From Octopus sinensis (Eukaryota), in assembly GCF_006345805.1 (NCBI RefSeq), contig NC_042998.1, forward strand, positions 68,014,001-68,078,000: 64,000 nt of DNA. Direction: 5' to 3'. Below, one piece after another: positions 14,052 to 28,207 of the stretch. A program made the translations under genes and the position numbers. The notes under the pieces were generated by a model. That model saw only the letters and a list, made by a program, of their open reading frames with translations. It searched no databases and was not told the DNA's origin. Positions within the stretch are counted from its first letter, which is position 1. Every line of letters begins with the position of its first letter.

Positions 14052-16115
14052 GCATGTATAGTAGATTTAGGGAGCTAGAAATATACAGACATGCACACTC
14101 ACATGCGTACATACATATATACATGCAGAAACCGTATTTCTAAACATATACATGCATACAACTCTGCACGTAAAAAGCTATTCGATAAAACGTGTTTGAG
14201 CACCAATTTGCCCGGTTTGAAACCAGCTGAAAACTCTGATATATTAAAACACACCTTTTGCGCAACATATTTAGAACAGCCAAACTTAATTTCAAAATAT
14301 CTTTCGAAGAAATAAAATTTTTCTACGGTGGTAATTACTGACGATAACAACGGCACCGACAGTTCTGTGAACTATCAAAGGTTGTGTGAACATTTTAAAT
14401 ATCTTGTTTAGCTGCCGTTTAGAAGTAAATCAAGACATACTCTGGAACTATCAGTAAAATCAGGAGAGTTACTCTAATTGGTTATAGGATACCTTTAAAG
14501 AATTATACTCTAATCATTATAGAGATATAAGTTTTAGATTGGATCTTTGTTCCTAAGTAACTGCCCAGTTACCAAGAAACCATTATCCAATAAATTATAT
14601 TCAAAGTAACACGTAACGAAATTGCTGTTTCCCTTATTGCCAGTATCAGCAGAGAAAATCAAATAAAAGCAATCGTTACACTCATCAGCCATCAACATAC
14701 AATGCGAACACGCACGCATAGAAAGTAGAAAATACAAGGAGTTATATCCAATGCATTCAGAGCATAATACTGTGTATCATAATAAATGTACGCACACCGT
14801 TACAAGGCGCGTTGCTGTAAAATCATGAGATAAAATCTCTTCAAAGCAAAAACAATACCGAAGCGAGACGAACATCGTCACCGTAGTTACTTACAAGAAC
14901 GACGGACGTTTATTCAGCTTGTTGCTGTTTGTCAATGCCGTGCTTTTGTTGTCATGTGCTTAGACTAAAATCGTGCTGGGAGATATATAATAATCAGTGA
15001 ATATAGTAGTCATTGGTGTTGCTGAAAAGCTTGCTAGACTGTAGATATACGAGATATACGAGATTAAAACAGCATTAAATTAAACTGACCCTCTATGAAT
15101 CATATTAAATGTCCCTTTTTGTAGTTATCTCAGCAGATTTTCCATAGAAACTGGAGCCAGCACTGAAAGTTACATTTCATATACGAATACGCCTATGTAA
15201 ACAATGTGATCAGAGATGGAAAAATAAGTAATTGGTGTATATGGATATTTCAGGTGTTCTTGCTCCTTCTTCAGTATCACATCCAAACCATTAACCACCT
15301 ACAAACATATTGCTTAAATAACTACTAATATTTAGCTGTGTAACACAATTGGATTTATTAATTTTAAATATTAAACACGTTCCTGATAACTGGTATGTAC
15401 TTATTAATTGCTGGCTCGAATTTGTATGTCCCTACCGGCAATTAATTCATACTAAATATTTCCATATTGTTAGAAGGCATAATGGAATCGTCTAACATAA
15501 AAATTGTGTTTAAGATAAAAATATCTTCATAGACTTAGCCTGAACAGCTTCTGCCATACCAATGAATGTTTAATCAATTATGTTTCCTAAATATGGAAAC
15601 ATGAATTTCATTTAAGCAGGTGCCAATTGGGTTCACATTGATTAGCCTCGAGTGAGACGAAACGCATCTGTTATTTTTTAGCTATTGTTACGATGATGTT
15701 CGGCTCGCTCCGATATATAATCTCTATGAAGAGATTTTATCTCAGACAATTCTACAGTTCTGTGCCTTCTAATGGTGTCTATACATTTAGTACGATACTG
15801 AGATGGTAAATGTCATTTGATGCTATTTTAGAAGCGTCCATCGAGGTAATTAGAACACTCAGAAATATTATTTTTGATCAACGTATGAAGAATTATCCGA
15901 AGAATTATACGAACATTTTATTAATTCAATCACACGTTAGGAAACGAAGATTCAGTCCCATGATCAGATGCTAAATGTCTTGCAAAATCTGTATCGTAGA
16001 TCCAAACTGTAAGTTCTTGCGGAAAATATTAATTTCTCTGAAACAGAGTTTCTTAAACTGTGGGTCGCGAAGCGAAATGCTGTGGTTGTGAAAATCAAAT
16101 TCCCACAACCTTCTT

Positions 16116-16515
16116 GGCGCAGAAGTGGCTGTGTGGTAAGTAGCTTGTTTACCAACCACATGGTTCCGGGTTCAGTCCCACTGCGTGGCACCTTGGGCAA
16201 GTGTCTTCTACTATAGCCTCGGGCCGACCAAAGCCTTGTGAGTGGATTTGGTAGACGGAAACTGAAAGAAGCCCGTCGTATATATGTATATATATATGTA
16301 TGCGTGTGTGTGTTTGTGTGTCTGTGTTTGTCCTCCTAGCATCGCTTGACAACCGATGCTGGTGTGTTTATGTCCCCGTTACTTAGCAGTTCGGCAAAAG
16401 AGCCCGATAGAATAAGTACTGGGGTTACAAAAGAATAAGTCCTGGGGTCGAGTTGCCCGATTAAAGGCGGTGCTCCAACATGGCCGCAGTCAAATGACTG
16501 AAACAAGTAAAAGAG
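16116..16515 (+). mobile_element. tRNA-derived SINE family A, near full length
   Basis: Head GGCGCAGAAGTGGCTGTGTGGTAAG...GGTTCAGTCCC, CORE-like CCTTGGGCAAGTGTCTTC, internal microsatellite, tail ...GACTGAAACAAGTAAAAGAG. More than 10 homologs in the window. Confidence 0.85.
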
Positions 16516-18157
16516 TAACCTATATGTTATTTCACAAACGCATATTAAATAACAGGTGACGTGAAAAATCTCGTGATGAAAAATGTGGCTATGAATAACA
16601 AAAAGTTTAAGAATCGCTGCTCCAAAATAATGTACTGAAGGCTCTTTGAGTGAGCAAGTAAGTTATCTAAAGTATTCAAAGTTAGAAATAACCATCAATT
16701 AAAAAATTGCATACGCCTGTGTGTTCCTTATCTTTGATACTGAATAGAAAATGCATCTTAGTTAAACCAGCATCTTGAAAAAATTTTAAGCTATCTTAGT
16801 CTGCTCTAACACACTGAAAACAAAGAAAGATTTCTACCAAAATGCGAAGATTATATACGATTGCAACTGAACGTTGTGAAGAGTCATAACGTACGACCTA
16901 GACTTCTGAAACTTTCATTGAAGCAGTTAGGAATGGAACTAAAAGAGATGTTTTGGTTATACAGATATAAAAGACACAAAGATATATAAAAGACATAAAA
17001 GACGCAAAGCCCTTCTCCTGCATATTTAAAAGACTAACGGAAAAAAACTTCCATATAAAGCAATCTTGCACTAGCACGGAGTAATCTTGTAACCAAGAAG
17101 GAAAACACCCACGTTCAGGAATTATATCACAATTGCTTCCATGAAACATTATGAATAATGAGCTTTACGCAAGTCCACTCATCCAATTTCTTGGCGTGAC
17201 TGGAAAATTAATCGCTGATAATCAGGCATGTAGTTGAAAATAGTTTAGATATCTGCTGAACAAACTGTTGAAATATTAAGCTGTCTTGTCACAGAAAAAA
17301 ATGACTGCATCAAAATTACGACAGTATAACTTGATTTCAGAAATTCCAAACTCATGGCTATTTGAATTACAATTTTTGAGATTTTTATCGATTCCACACT
17401 CATGCTTGTTTGAATCGATTCTGTTTGACGCAAATAACGCCACTGACCTAGTTTCAGTCTTTAAAAGACTTACAAAACCCGGATCAGCTGTCTTCATACG
17501 CAAAAATTAAGTCGTATTCTATGGATTTTTTTAAAGACAGTATATGCGAATGTCTGCTTCTTTGACGCTAATCTATCTTTAGTTTCCTTCAAACAGAAAA
17601 ATATCCAACATCCAGTCGTTATACAGTAGTAATATATATATATAAAAAATTCACATAAATTTAATACGATGATGTATTTAAGGTTGATCTAAATCAGTGA
17701 TGAAAATATTCTAATGCTGTTAATATACAAGTGTATTTAATATTTTAATCTGCTAGAAGAAAGTAGGGCAAGGCTTTGCGATAAGGCGTTTGCCTGAGAA
17801 CCGATCATACCTAGTTCGATATATCTGTGCAGTTTCGTGGAGAATAAGTGGTAACTACATCTTTAAATGCGTGTGGGGGTGCATGTGTGTGCGTGAATGT
17901 GTGGGGGTGCGCGCGTGTATGTGTGAAAGAAAGAGAGAGAGAAAGAGAGATTATATCTATATATTATTATATAACACAGTTTTATTCGGCCCTCATGCAA
18001 TTTAGAACTCCGTAGCCTCGTTACAGAAACGTAGCACGTCGGGCTTGGTTCCAATATATCCTTCCATATATATATATATATATATATATATTGTAACCAC
18101 GGGTGGACGGTTGGCGATTTTCCCTTTTCCTTCTTCACTAGACTTTTCCCTTTCTCC

Positions 18158-18190
18158 TTTCCGACGAAGAACCATGCTCGAAACGTTAAA
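18158..18190 (+). ncRNA. Degenerate hammerhead motif in solo pLTR (about 18090-18320)
   Basis: UUU CCGACGA A GAAC CAU GCUC GAA ACGU U AAA, with a stem II mismatch. Fragment lies between (TA)n tracts. Confidence 0.5.
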
Positions 18191-18323
18191 AACTTTCCCC
18201 TTTCACAGAGACTCAAATTACTATAATTCTTGTTCACGTCCACGCGTTCGTTTTTCCCCTCTTTTTTCTCTTTTCGTCTTCTTTCTTCTTTTTTATTCGT
18301 TATTTGAATTATTTTGTTGAATT

Positions 18324-18391
<68 letters not shown>

Positions 18392-19690
18392 GATATGTAG
18401 AAAAATACAAACAGGGACAAGAACGCATAACTCTTAGAAGACGATACAATAAACACGGACAGGACATTCGAAGCCCTCAGTCTTCAGTCAAGAACCGGAT
18501 CGTACCCCTCTTAACACTTATGTGAGCACATATTCTTATATATACATGTGATATAGGTAGGGTATGTAACACACACATATTCATATATGTAGGTAACTAG
18601 GTAAACAGGACATACATACACATCCAATAAGATGACTGTTGTATATATTTATAGGGAGTGGGGTCTGCCTTTTCCCACCGTCTACAACATAATTCCATCC
18701 ATTTTATTTTACTATCCCATTAACTGCCAATTTTTTTTATTCCTACGTTTTGGCTTTGCCAGTTGTTTTAGGAGTTAAAATAATATATATTTAAATTTTC
18801 TTTGCATGTGAATTATTTTGGAAATTACGATAAATTTTTCGAAAAGTCACAAATGGGGATCGCTGAAAAAAACATATTTATCCTTTTCTATTCAATTGCA
18901 TTAATAAATATTTTAGTTTTTTTGAAATTATAGTACCAAATGTGAATATGTATGAAATATCCTTTTCTAATCTAGGCACAAGGCCGGAATTTGGGGGGAG
19001 GGCACCAGTCGATTAGAACGACTCCTGTACACAACTGGTACTTAATTTATCAACCCCGAAAGGATGGAAGACAAAGTCGACCTCGGCGGAATTTGAACTC
19101 AGAACGTAAAGATAAACGATATGTATGAAATATCAAAGGACAATATAGATGGGAAATGCAAAAAAAAAAGCGTTTTCAAATCAATCATTATTTTTGTAGT
19201 TCAAAAATTGCGATTTATGACATAAAATGTGCTCTAGAAGTAGCCAGAGCTAATAATGACAAACTTTAACTACTAAATAGTGTGAAACACACCTCTGCAT
19301 ATGCAATGTACATAAGCAATTCACTTTAAATACAACAAACAACTGGCAATCAGACTATTTTTAGCAGATCCCCAAATGGGGCTCACGGCAGGTAAATTCG
19401 TTGAGTTAAATGTAGAGACAATGTGTCAGAAAGACAGGCAAAGAAACGCAAGAGAGAGAGAGAAAGAAGTGGGGAGGAGATATAGCCAAGGGAGAGGGGG
19501 GAAGAGAGTGCTAAATGTATTCACGTGTTTTCAACTGGCCATTGATTCAGGTGTCTATTTCTTCTCCCCCGGTAACAAGCTTGCTTCCTAACCACATGGT
19601 TCCTAGTTCAGTCCCACCGCCTTGCACCTTGGGGAAGTGTCTTCAGCCTCGGGCTGACCAAAGCCTTGTGGGTGGATTTTGTAGCCGTTG

Positions 19691-19724
<34 letters not shown>

Positions 19725-19860
19725 ACGCACACTTACAAACATATATATATATATATAGATAGATATACATATATTAGAAATATTAAAATAACTAAGTCTC
19801 TCTAAAAGAGAACAGCGGCAGCGTTCCCGGAAAATAATAGTTAGCGCCATACTAATATGG

Positions 19861-20145
19861 CATTCTTATAAAAATAAGAAAAAAGCTGTCCGCTTATTAG
19901 CTCCATGAGGCCATCGCCTTAAGTTAGCTATTTGATACACAAACTGTATCCATATAACCTTCGAACAAGGGAGGTCAGTCGCTCCACACTACTTGACCGG
20001 TAGCTGCCGGTCAAGTAGTGTGGGGCGACTGACCTCCCTTGTTCGAAGGTTATATGGATACAGTTTGTGTATCAAATAGCTAACTTAAGGCGATGGCCTC
20101 ATGGAGCTAATAGCGGACAGCTTTTTTCTTATTTTTATAAGAATG
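19861..20145. repeat. Near-perfect 285-bp palindrome
   Basis: Arms 19861-20000 and 20007-20145 differ by one substitution and one 1-nt indel. Centre TAGCTG. Confidence 0.97.
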
Positions 20146-20182
20146 ATATACATATAGTTATAGATATATGTAGTTATACATG

Positions 20183-20248
<66 letters not shown>

Positions 20249-20281
20249 CTGGGAGTGTCTATATATCTATAGGTATATATA

Positions 20282-20321
<40 letters not shown>

Positions 20322-20359
20322 TTTAACTTGTTTCAGTCACTTTGACTGCGGCCATGCTG

Positions 20360-20570
20360 GAACTAAAATTGAAAAAGACCCCAAAACTTTCAAACGGTAC
20401 CTGGACAAATTCCTCCAGGAAATACCGGATAAACCACCTACACCTGGATACGTCTCAACCAGTAACATCTCTCTGCTTGAGCGGTTCATGGTGTCCCGAA
20501 ATAATTAACTAACGGACTTTTCGAGGTGGTACTATTGATTTAGTCGTGGCCTGGGCCGATAAGTTATCTA
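20360..20570 (+). mobile_element. CR1/L2-like LINE 3' end
   Basis: KTFKRYLDKFLQEIPDKPPTPGYVS..N.SLL resembles C-termini of CR1-group ORF2 proteins. Short fragment. Confidence 0.45.
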
Positions 20571-20575
20571 AGTTC

Positions 20576-20701
<126 letters not shown>

Positions 20702-20704
20702 CTA

Positions 20705-20751
<47 letters not shown>

Positions 20752-21164
20752 GCATATATATATATATATATATACAAGCATATATACATACATACGTGTG
20801 TGTATCTATATATATATACATACACAATTACATATGTGTGTGTAAGTGTGTGTATTTTTATCTTTGTGCTTGTCCTCCGCCATCACTTGACGACCAGTGT
20901 TGGTGTGTTTTAGCGGTCCGGCAAAGGACACCTATAGTATAATTACCAGGTTTAAAAGGGCAGAAAAATACTGAAAATTGGGGTCGACTCAGTCGACAAA
21001 AAAATTCTCGAATGCGGTAACCCAGCATGGCCGCAGTCCAATGACTGAAACAAGTAAAAGATACAAGACAAAGACTGGATTATGGCTCCAGCCTAAATCT
21101 TTTAATAGGAAGAAATAAATGATTGAGAAAAGAGGAATTGTTCTCTAAACATTTCAGCGAACTG

Positions 21165-21620
21165 AAAGAATTTTGATGATAAGAAATGATGAAATCATTG
21201 AAGCCTACCTTCTTTTCCTCCTCCTCCACATCATCATCATCATCATCATCATCATCGTCATCATCATCATCGTTATCCATTCTATTTGTTGTTGCATTCC
21301 TCGTCCACTTCTCCTTTCTCCTACTCATTCCTCATCATCATTTTTATCTTCAATCATTAATCACTAACATCACCATAGCCACCGCCATCATCACCATCAA
21401 CAGCAGCTCAACAGCGGCAGCAGCAGTAGCAGTAGCAGCTGCGGCATAGTACTGGTGATTTCGTAATGAGAGTGCTGGCTCTAATGATGATGATGATAAC
21501 AATGATGATAATGATGATGATGATGATAATGCCAGTATCGGTGGTGGTGGTGGTGGTGATGGTAGTGGTGATTAAAATGTGGATGCTGCTACTGCAGGTA
21601 ATGTTGGTAATCATGACAGC
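21165..21620. repeat. Mixed (CAT)n/(ATG)n/(GTG)n low-complexity tract
   Basis: Directly visible; explains the poly-I/S/M/D ORFs. Confidence 0.9.
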
Positions 21621-21939
21621 GTTACTTATTGTTAGTAGTTGTAGTGGTTTTAGCCTTATCCAAGAAACTGTGAGCTAGATCTTATTAATAAAGTAATGTT
21701 TCTCATATCTTCCAATAATTTTATTTTCTTTATCTTCCTTTTCTTTTGTCTTGGTTTTTTAGGAATTTTGTTTTGTATTTGTTTTGTTTTTTTGTGGTGG
21801 GGGTGTGTGTTTTTTTTTTTCCAATATTCGCATAAAAAATTCCACCAACTTCCCGGTATTGCAATCTGCACTTTTTGTTCGCCAATAATCTTTGGCAATC
21901 TTTTTTTTTATCACAATCACCACCAACACCCTTCATCCG

Positions 21940-21984
<45 letters not shown>

Positions 21985-22491
21985 GTCCCCTCTCTCACTC
22001 TTTCTGTCCGCTCTCTCTCTCTCTCTCTCTCTGTCTACCCCTCAATTTCATTCACTCATTCTATTTCCCTCCAATTCTTTCTATAGTTCTTCACTGCTAT
22101 CTGTTATTCCTTCCCATACAACCGTTCCACTTTATTAATATCTGAAGATCTCACTATTTAACTGAATCCAAACTATTCACCTTCCTTCTACTTCATACAC
22201 CACATTATTTCTTTCTAGCTCTTGCTATCGCTTTAAACACAACTCTTCCTCCATTTTAATTACAACGCTCTTCTTACTCCAGTTCACATCGTTACTCTTC
22301 CCATTCTCCCCCACACACACTCACATTCTACAGCGTCACTTACTTCTTTCAACACTTCTCCATCTTCTCTTTCCTCAGCTCCGTCTTCTGACAATAGTAT
22401 TAGTATTTTCATTTTTCATTTTGTTCTTCTTCTGACTTTATATTCTGTATTTGAGTGTTTGTGTGTGTGAGAGTGTCCGCGTGTGGGTATG

Positions 22492-22526
<35 letters not shown>

Positions 22527-22603
22527 TTGTGTACGTTTACATATGCATATATATGCATGTATATACATATATATGTATATGTATGTATATGTATGTGTAT
22601 GTG

Positions 22604-22670
<67 letters not shown>

Positions 22671-22811
22671 ATCTGTATGTATGTATGTATTTCTTCTTCA
22701 TCTTCCTGAATAATTATCCATGACCACATCTCAAAACTATGTATAATTTATATATTTATGCAAAATGTAATACTTTGTATTTTCCCTTTTCTGCATCATT
22801 CTAACTCACGC

Positions 22812-22852
<41 letters not shown>

Positions 22853-22856
22853 CTCC

Positions 22857-22891
<35 letters not shown>

Positions 22892-23381
22892 CTCTCTATC
22901 TCTCTCTTTCCTGTTTTCATTCTTTCTCACAACGTTACTGTCTTCTTTGTAGTTTTAAAATCGACTAAGGTGATTATTTGGCATCCAAAGCAGACTTTGG
23001 CACCGAGCTGGCACAATAATAAGGTTAAACTCATTGTTAACATGTCCAAATATTTATTGCACTTGATTATCAGCTATCGAACTACAAGTTTAGATCTGGT
23101 GCAATTTCCCTCAGTCCAACCACATAAGAGGAAAAGGCAGAATGTCTTCTAGGCGTGTACTTATATATATGTAGTTCAATAAGACAAAATCGGGTAAAAA
23201 AATATTTGTAGAATGCCAAGCAAAGTTCACCCAGAGTTTCTGGCGATCTGATGTCATCATATAGGGAGAAATGATCCTGATACTGAGTATACATCAGAAA
23301 TTTTATAGTATGTGTAGTGTTTACATGAATAGATGATACAAAATGGAATAAAAGACGTTTTGATTTTAAATAATTTCAATC

Positions 23382-23564
23382 GTTCAATACTTAAGAGATG
23401 AGGAATTATGTACATTATTTACATTATTTACAATTGACGAATATTTGTCCTCATCTTGGTTGTTGTTAACACAACGTTTCGGCTTATATACCCTCCAGCC
23501 TTCATCAGGTGTCTTGAGGAAATTTCGAACCTAGGTTCTCATTCCTAAGGTATTTTTCAATGTC

Positions 23565-23640
<76 letters not shown>

Positions 23641-23665
23641 TCACTGCCTGGAATCGAACTCGGAA
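23382..23665 (-). mobile_element. tRNA-headed SINE 'H' with hammerhead-containing tail (copy 1, head truncated)
   Basis: B-box GAGTTCGATTCC, (AAT)n spacer, then body with CTGATGA...GAAAC. Homologous to copies at 31950 and 33278. Confidence 0.8.
23468..23513 (-). ncRNA. Minimal type I hammerhead ribozyme motif, intact
   Basis: Minus strand reads GACAC CUGAUGA A GGCU-loop-AGCC GAA ACGU U GUGUU: stem I 5 bp, stem II 4 bp, palindromic ACGU stem III, GUU site. Confidence 0.8.
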
Positions 23666-23704
23666 GATTTTACAGTTTCAGTGATTTTACTAACCCCAAG
23701 ATTT

Positions 23705-24545
23705 TTGCAGTTCCAATGATGGATTTGATTTGTAGTCTTCGAATTAGTCTTCTCCTTCTTGGTTTTGAGAAGCCTAAATTCTCAAGATTGGTATTTAAAG
23801 AGTGTGTTACATACCACCGGGCCCCAATAGCTACAGGTACAAACCAGAACTTATAATCTGGATAGAGTAACTGCAGATGTCTCAGTATTTCAGCATAGGT
23901 GTTCCCTTTTCTACTGATATTCAGCTTTATGCCATCTACTGGGCAGCTAATTCCACAACTGCACACAGTTTCTCTTCTTTATCACAAATCCTTATATCAG
24001 ATCAGTTGTGCTTACATTTTATTGAGGTCTTCATTGGGACATTCTACCAGTACTCCTTTCTATTATGTGTGGCTATGGCATCTACCACACTGTGGGTTCT
24101 TATTTCTTTGTCCTCGGAGTTACCTTTTCGACGGAATTATAGAGTGTCCTAACTATATCATGCCTCATCGGTAAATAATACCGTGATGACATTTCCGGAC
24201 AACCGCTTATGATGTGGGTGATATCTTCGGTATTAACTCCACAAAATCTGCATCGGTTGTCATATTTTACTGCTTTCCTGTATCTCTATCACTTTTGTAC
24301 TTCAGGTACTTGACTGATATTTCCTGCTTCTGGATTCCAAACGCATACCCTTCAAAATGGGAGGTAGTAAACCGGTTATTGGTCCATGATAGACTGCTTT
24401 TATGATCGATGTTACTATCATCACGGGGCTTTCTACTAATATATCCATGCATAACCTTCTGCTCATATTGGCTCATCCTTTCATCTGATAATACGTTGCG
24501 GTAGAGTCGTGCGACTTCTTCGGGCATGTATTCGCGGTTATCAGA
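23705..24545 (-). mobile_element. RLE-type non-LTR retrotransposon fragment (R4/Dong-like), degenerate
   Basis: HGYI...SLSWTNNRFTTSHFEGYAFGIQKQEI, and RLE C-terminus TYAEILRHLQLLYPDYKFWFVPVAIGA. Stops and frameshifts present. Confidence 0.75.
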
Positions 24546-24632
24546 CAAGGAATGTTGTTCAAGGAGCTACCTACCAAGTCTCATGCATTATGCATGTATG
24601 TATGTATGTATGTATGTATGTATGTATGTATG

Positions 24633-24663
<31 letters not shown>

Positions 24664-24984
24664 GTATGCATGTATGTATGTATGTAATCGTTTAATCAGA
24701 CGAAGAAGAGTAATGTGCATGACGCTCAACTTCTGGTTCTTCGACACTAGTGAAATTCTTCAGATTTTCTCCAGAGTTACTCCGTCCTAATTTTATAATT
24801 TATTCTCTCCCGCACCTCATCCTTACACATGCTCTTTCTTTCTGTTCCCAGCTCTCTCTAATTCCTATCTGTTTTAGTCATCTTCTAAGGGCCCAATATT
24901 TTGCCCTTTTTCTCTCTCTTTTTGTCTCGTTGCTCGCCAACTTCATGCACAGCAGGAAGGAAAGCTTGGTGGAGCACATTCTTA

Positions 24985-25345
24985 GACGCCGGTGTGGCTG
25001 TGTGGTAAGAGGTTTGCTTACCAACCACAATATTCTGGGCTCAGTCCCACTCTGTGGCACTTTGGGCAAGTGTCTTCTATCATAGCCAAGTCTTATAAGT
25101 GGAGTTGGTGGGCGGAAATTGAAAGAAACCCGTCATATAAGTGTGTGAGTGTATGGGGGGGGGGTAGGTATGTATCATTATGTCAGCGTTTGTCCCTCAC
25201 GATTGCTTGAAAATCGGGTTGGTGTGTTTACGTCACCGTAACTTAGATGCTTGGCAAACGAGACCGATAAAATAAGTGTCAGTTTTCCAAGTACTGAGGT
25301 CGATTCATTCGATTGAAAAATCTTCACGGTGGTGCTTCAGATAAA
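24985..25345 (+). mobile_element. SINE family A, diverged
   Basis: Same head, central and tail motifs. Confidence 0.75.
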
Positions 25346-25847
25346 AGATAATATACTACAGTCAACCATGCTGTTATTGTTGTTTTTGTTTTTATTGCTT
25401 ACCCCAGGGTTGGCACGCAAATTGATAGTCATCCTAGTTTTCTTAGATCTAACCTTATATGCTGCCGGGGCTGGTTTAGCCATTCTATTTGTAGCAGTTG
25501 TTAAAAAAGTACCATTTCTGTGTTGTAGTTGCTTCTTTTTCTCTGTGGCTTCCTCACATTCTTTTCTCTAATGGAAAGTGATTCAAATATGGAGAGATGA
25601 CGCGCGCAAGATATGAAATGCTGAATTCACACTGCATGACTTCACGGCGCCCACACGGTCTCAGTTCCGTCTCTTACTCATCTATTATGTGCGTGTATAT
25701 GTGTGCCTGAGTCTATTACAGACACACACACACACATACATACATATATATAAATATATATACATAACTATAAATAGGTATACTTATACATGTATATCTG
25801 TATATACATATATAAAGTGACTGTCTGTCTGTCTGTTTGTCTGCCTG

Positions 25848-25887
<40 letters not shown>

Positions 25888-26065
25888 ATATATATATTAT
25901 ATATATACACTCACACACACACATACACACACACACACACCACACATATATATATATATATATAATATATATATATAATTGTATGTATTGTGTATAAGTG
26001 TATATATGTGTGTGTACTTATATACACACTTATATAGAGATTTATAAATCTGTATTCATACCTGT

Positions 26066-26139
<74 letters not shown>

Positions 26140-26894
26140 GAACGTACTTATGCACACGTACGTACGTTTGTGTGCGAATCTGTGTGTATCTGTGCGTGTA
26201 TGTGTGTATGTGTGGTGTGTGTGCGTGGTGTGTATGTGTGCCTGTGTGTGTGTGCGCGTGTGTGTGTATTTGTAGTTATTGCTTTTCGAAATGTTTGAAT
26301 AAGACTGTTTTCTCTTCGTCCATCTCTCAATAGGTTTAAGATTTGATCATTAGCAATACAAGAGAGAATGGGAATAGCAAAATAATACAAGAATAATTTC
26401 CTCTTTTTAACACCCAACACCACCACCACCACCGTACACCACCACCATCTGTCTTTCACTCCCTCCTGAATATAAGGAGAACGAAATCGAAATAGAAAAT
26501 GGTATAGATAGTAAAAAATAGAAAATATTATATACGTGTGTATATATGCGTGCGTGAATGTATGTATTTAAATGTGTGTGTGTTTATGTATGTTATATAA
26601 GTATGTGCGTACGTACACTTTCATTTGTGTGTGCATACCTGTTTCTATATGTTTGTATCCAGATAGATGGATAGATAGGCAGGTAAGCAGGTTGGCAGGT
26701 AGGCAGGCAGGCAGACATGTAGGTAGGTAGGCAGGTATAAAGGTGGATAAGTAGATAAATAGAGGGAAGGAGTGAAAGAAATCGAATGACAGATTATACA
26801 CACACACACACATACATACATACAGTACATAGCATAAAGATGGTAAATATAGACAGGTTGATCGATCGATAAATATATATATATATATATACAA

Positions 26895-26981
<87 letters not shown>

Positions 26982-27023
26982 ATATATATATATATACATA
27001 TACACACACACATATATATACAC

Positions 27024-27059
<36 letters not shown>

Positions 27060-27110
27060 TATATATACATATACACGTATATATATATATATACATACAT
27101 GTATATATGA

Positions 27111-27194
<84 letters not shown>

Positions 27195-27248
27195 GCAGGT
27201 AGGCAGCAGGCAAACGGGCAGACAGACAAGATACTATATATATTATAT

Positions 27249-27285
<37 letters not shown>

Positions 27286-28001
27286 GAATAGATGATAGTT
27301 AAAAAAGAATATATCAATCGGCTGAATGCAAAAATGACCAATAAAAGTAATATAGAAACAATGATTGAGCGAAAGACGGAAAAGATTGAAAGAAAAGTAT
27401 AACGAATTCTGTCACATATTGATTTCTTTTATATTTTAATACTTTATACACTTGGTCCAGCTCTAACAGTATTACATTAGTGGAAAGAAAACTACAGACC
27501 ACTTAGTGATAACAGCTCCGATATTATAAATTTAATAGCGATTCCAAAAGCTCCTGACGTGATTTCGATAACCTACTCAGAGTCTGGAGTGGTTTCCAAA
27601 TGTGTTTCGCCTCGATTATAAATGGACGAACACGTTTGAGAAGTCTCGTGTTGATCTTAATGTGAATACCGTAGAAATAAAAGACTTTAAAAGATGAGGG
27701 CGGAGGAAATGAGACACGGATAATAGTTACGAGTGGTGGCGGGGAGAAATGTGTGTGTGTAAATGTGCGTAGGAGTATATGAAAGTGTGTGATTATTAGA
27801 TTGTATGCGGTGTGTGGGGGGGTGGGGGTGAATATGCGTGTGTACATGTATGTGTGAAGATATGTTAATGTGTGTTTGAAGATAATGTGTTTGTACGTCG
27901 TTGCTAATGATATAAAAACGGGGGGCGGGGGAAAGAACAGAGGTGGAGAATCGCAGTCAAAGAGAGAAAAACAGAGTAAAGAGAGATAATGGAAGAGAGA
28001 G

Positions 28002-28032
<31 letters not shown>

Positions 28033-28174
28033 AAGGGAGAGAGAGATGAGAGATTAACTAATATGACGGATATGATGTCTCTAATAGAGATGTGATTTAC
28101 CATGCAGAATATGTGTATGTGAAGGAATATATATATATGCTTACACTTATCAAGTATTCACTCTAAATTTACAG

Positions 28175-28207
<33 letters not shown>

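Noticed and set aside
16136-16143. GGTAAGT donor in sense SINE A heads as an exonisation signal, and apparent + strand bias
   Set aside because: No paired upstream acceptor was identified and copy numbers are too low to claim a bias.
14100-17510. Short ORFs as a degenerate transposase
   Set aside because: No recognisable motif or termini.
19843-19857. 15-mer AGCGCCATACTAATA shared with the PLE pLTR (53715-53729), which would link the palindrome to the PLE
   Set aside because: A single 15-nt match is expected by chance among all position pairs in 64 kb of AT-rich DNA.
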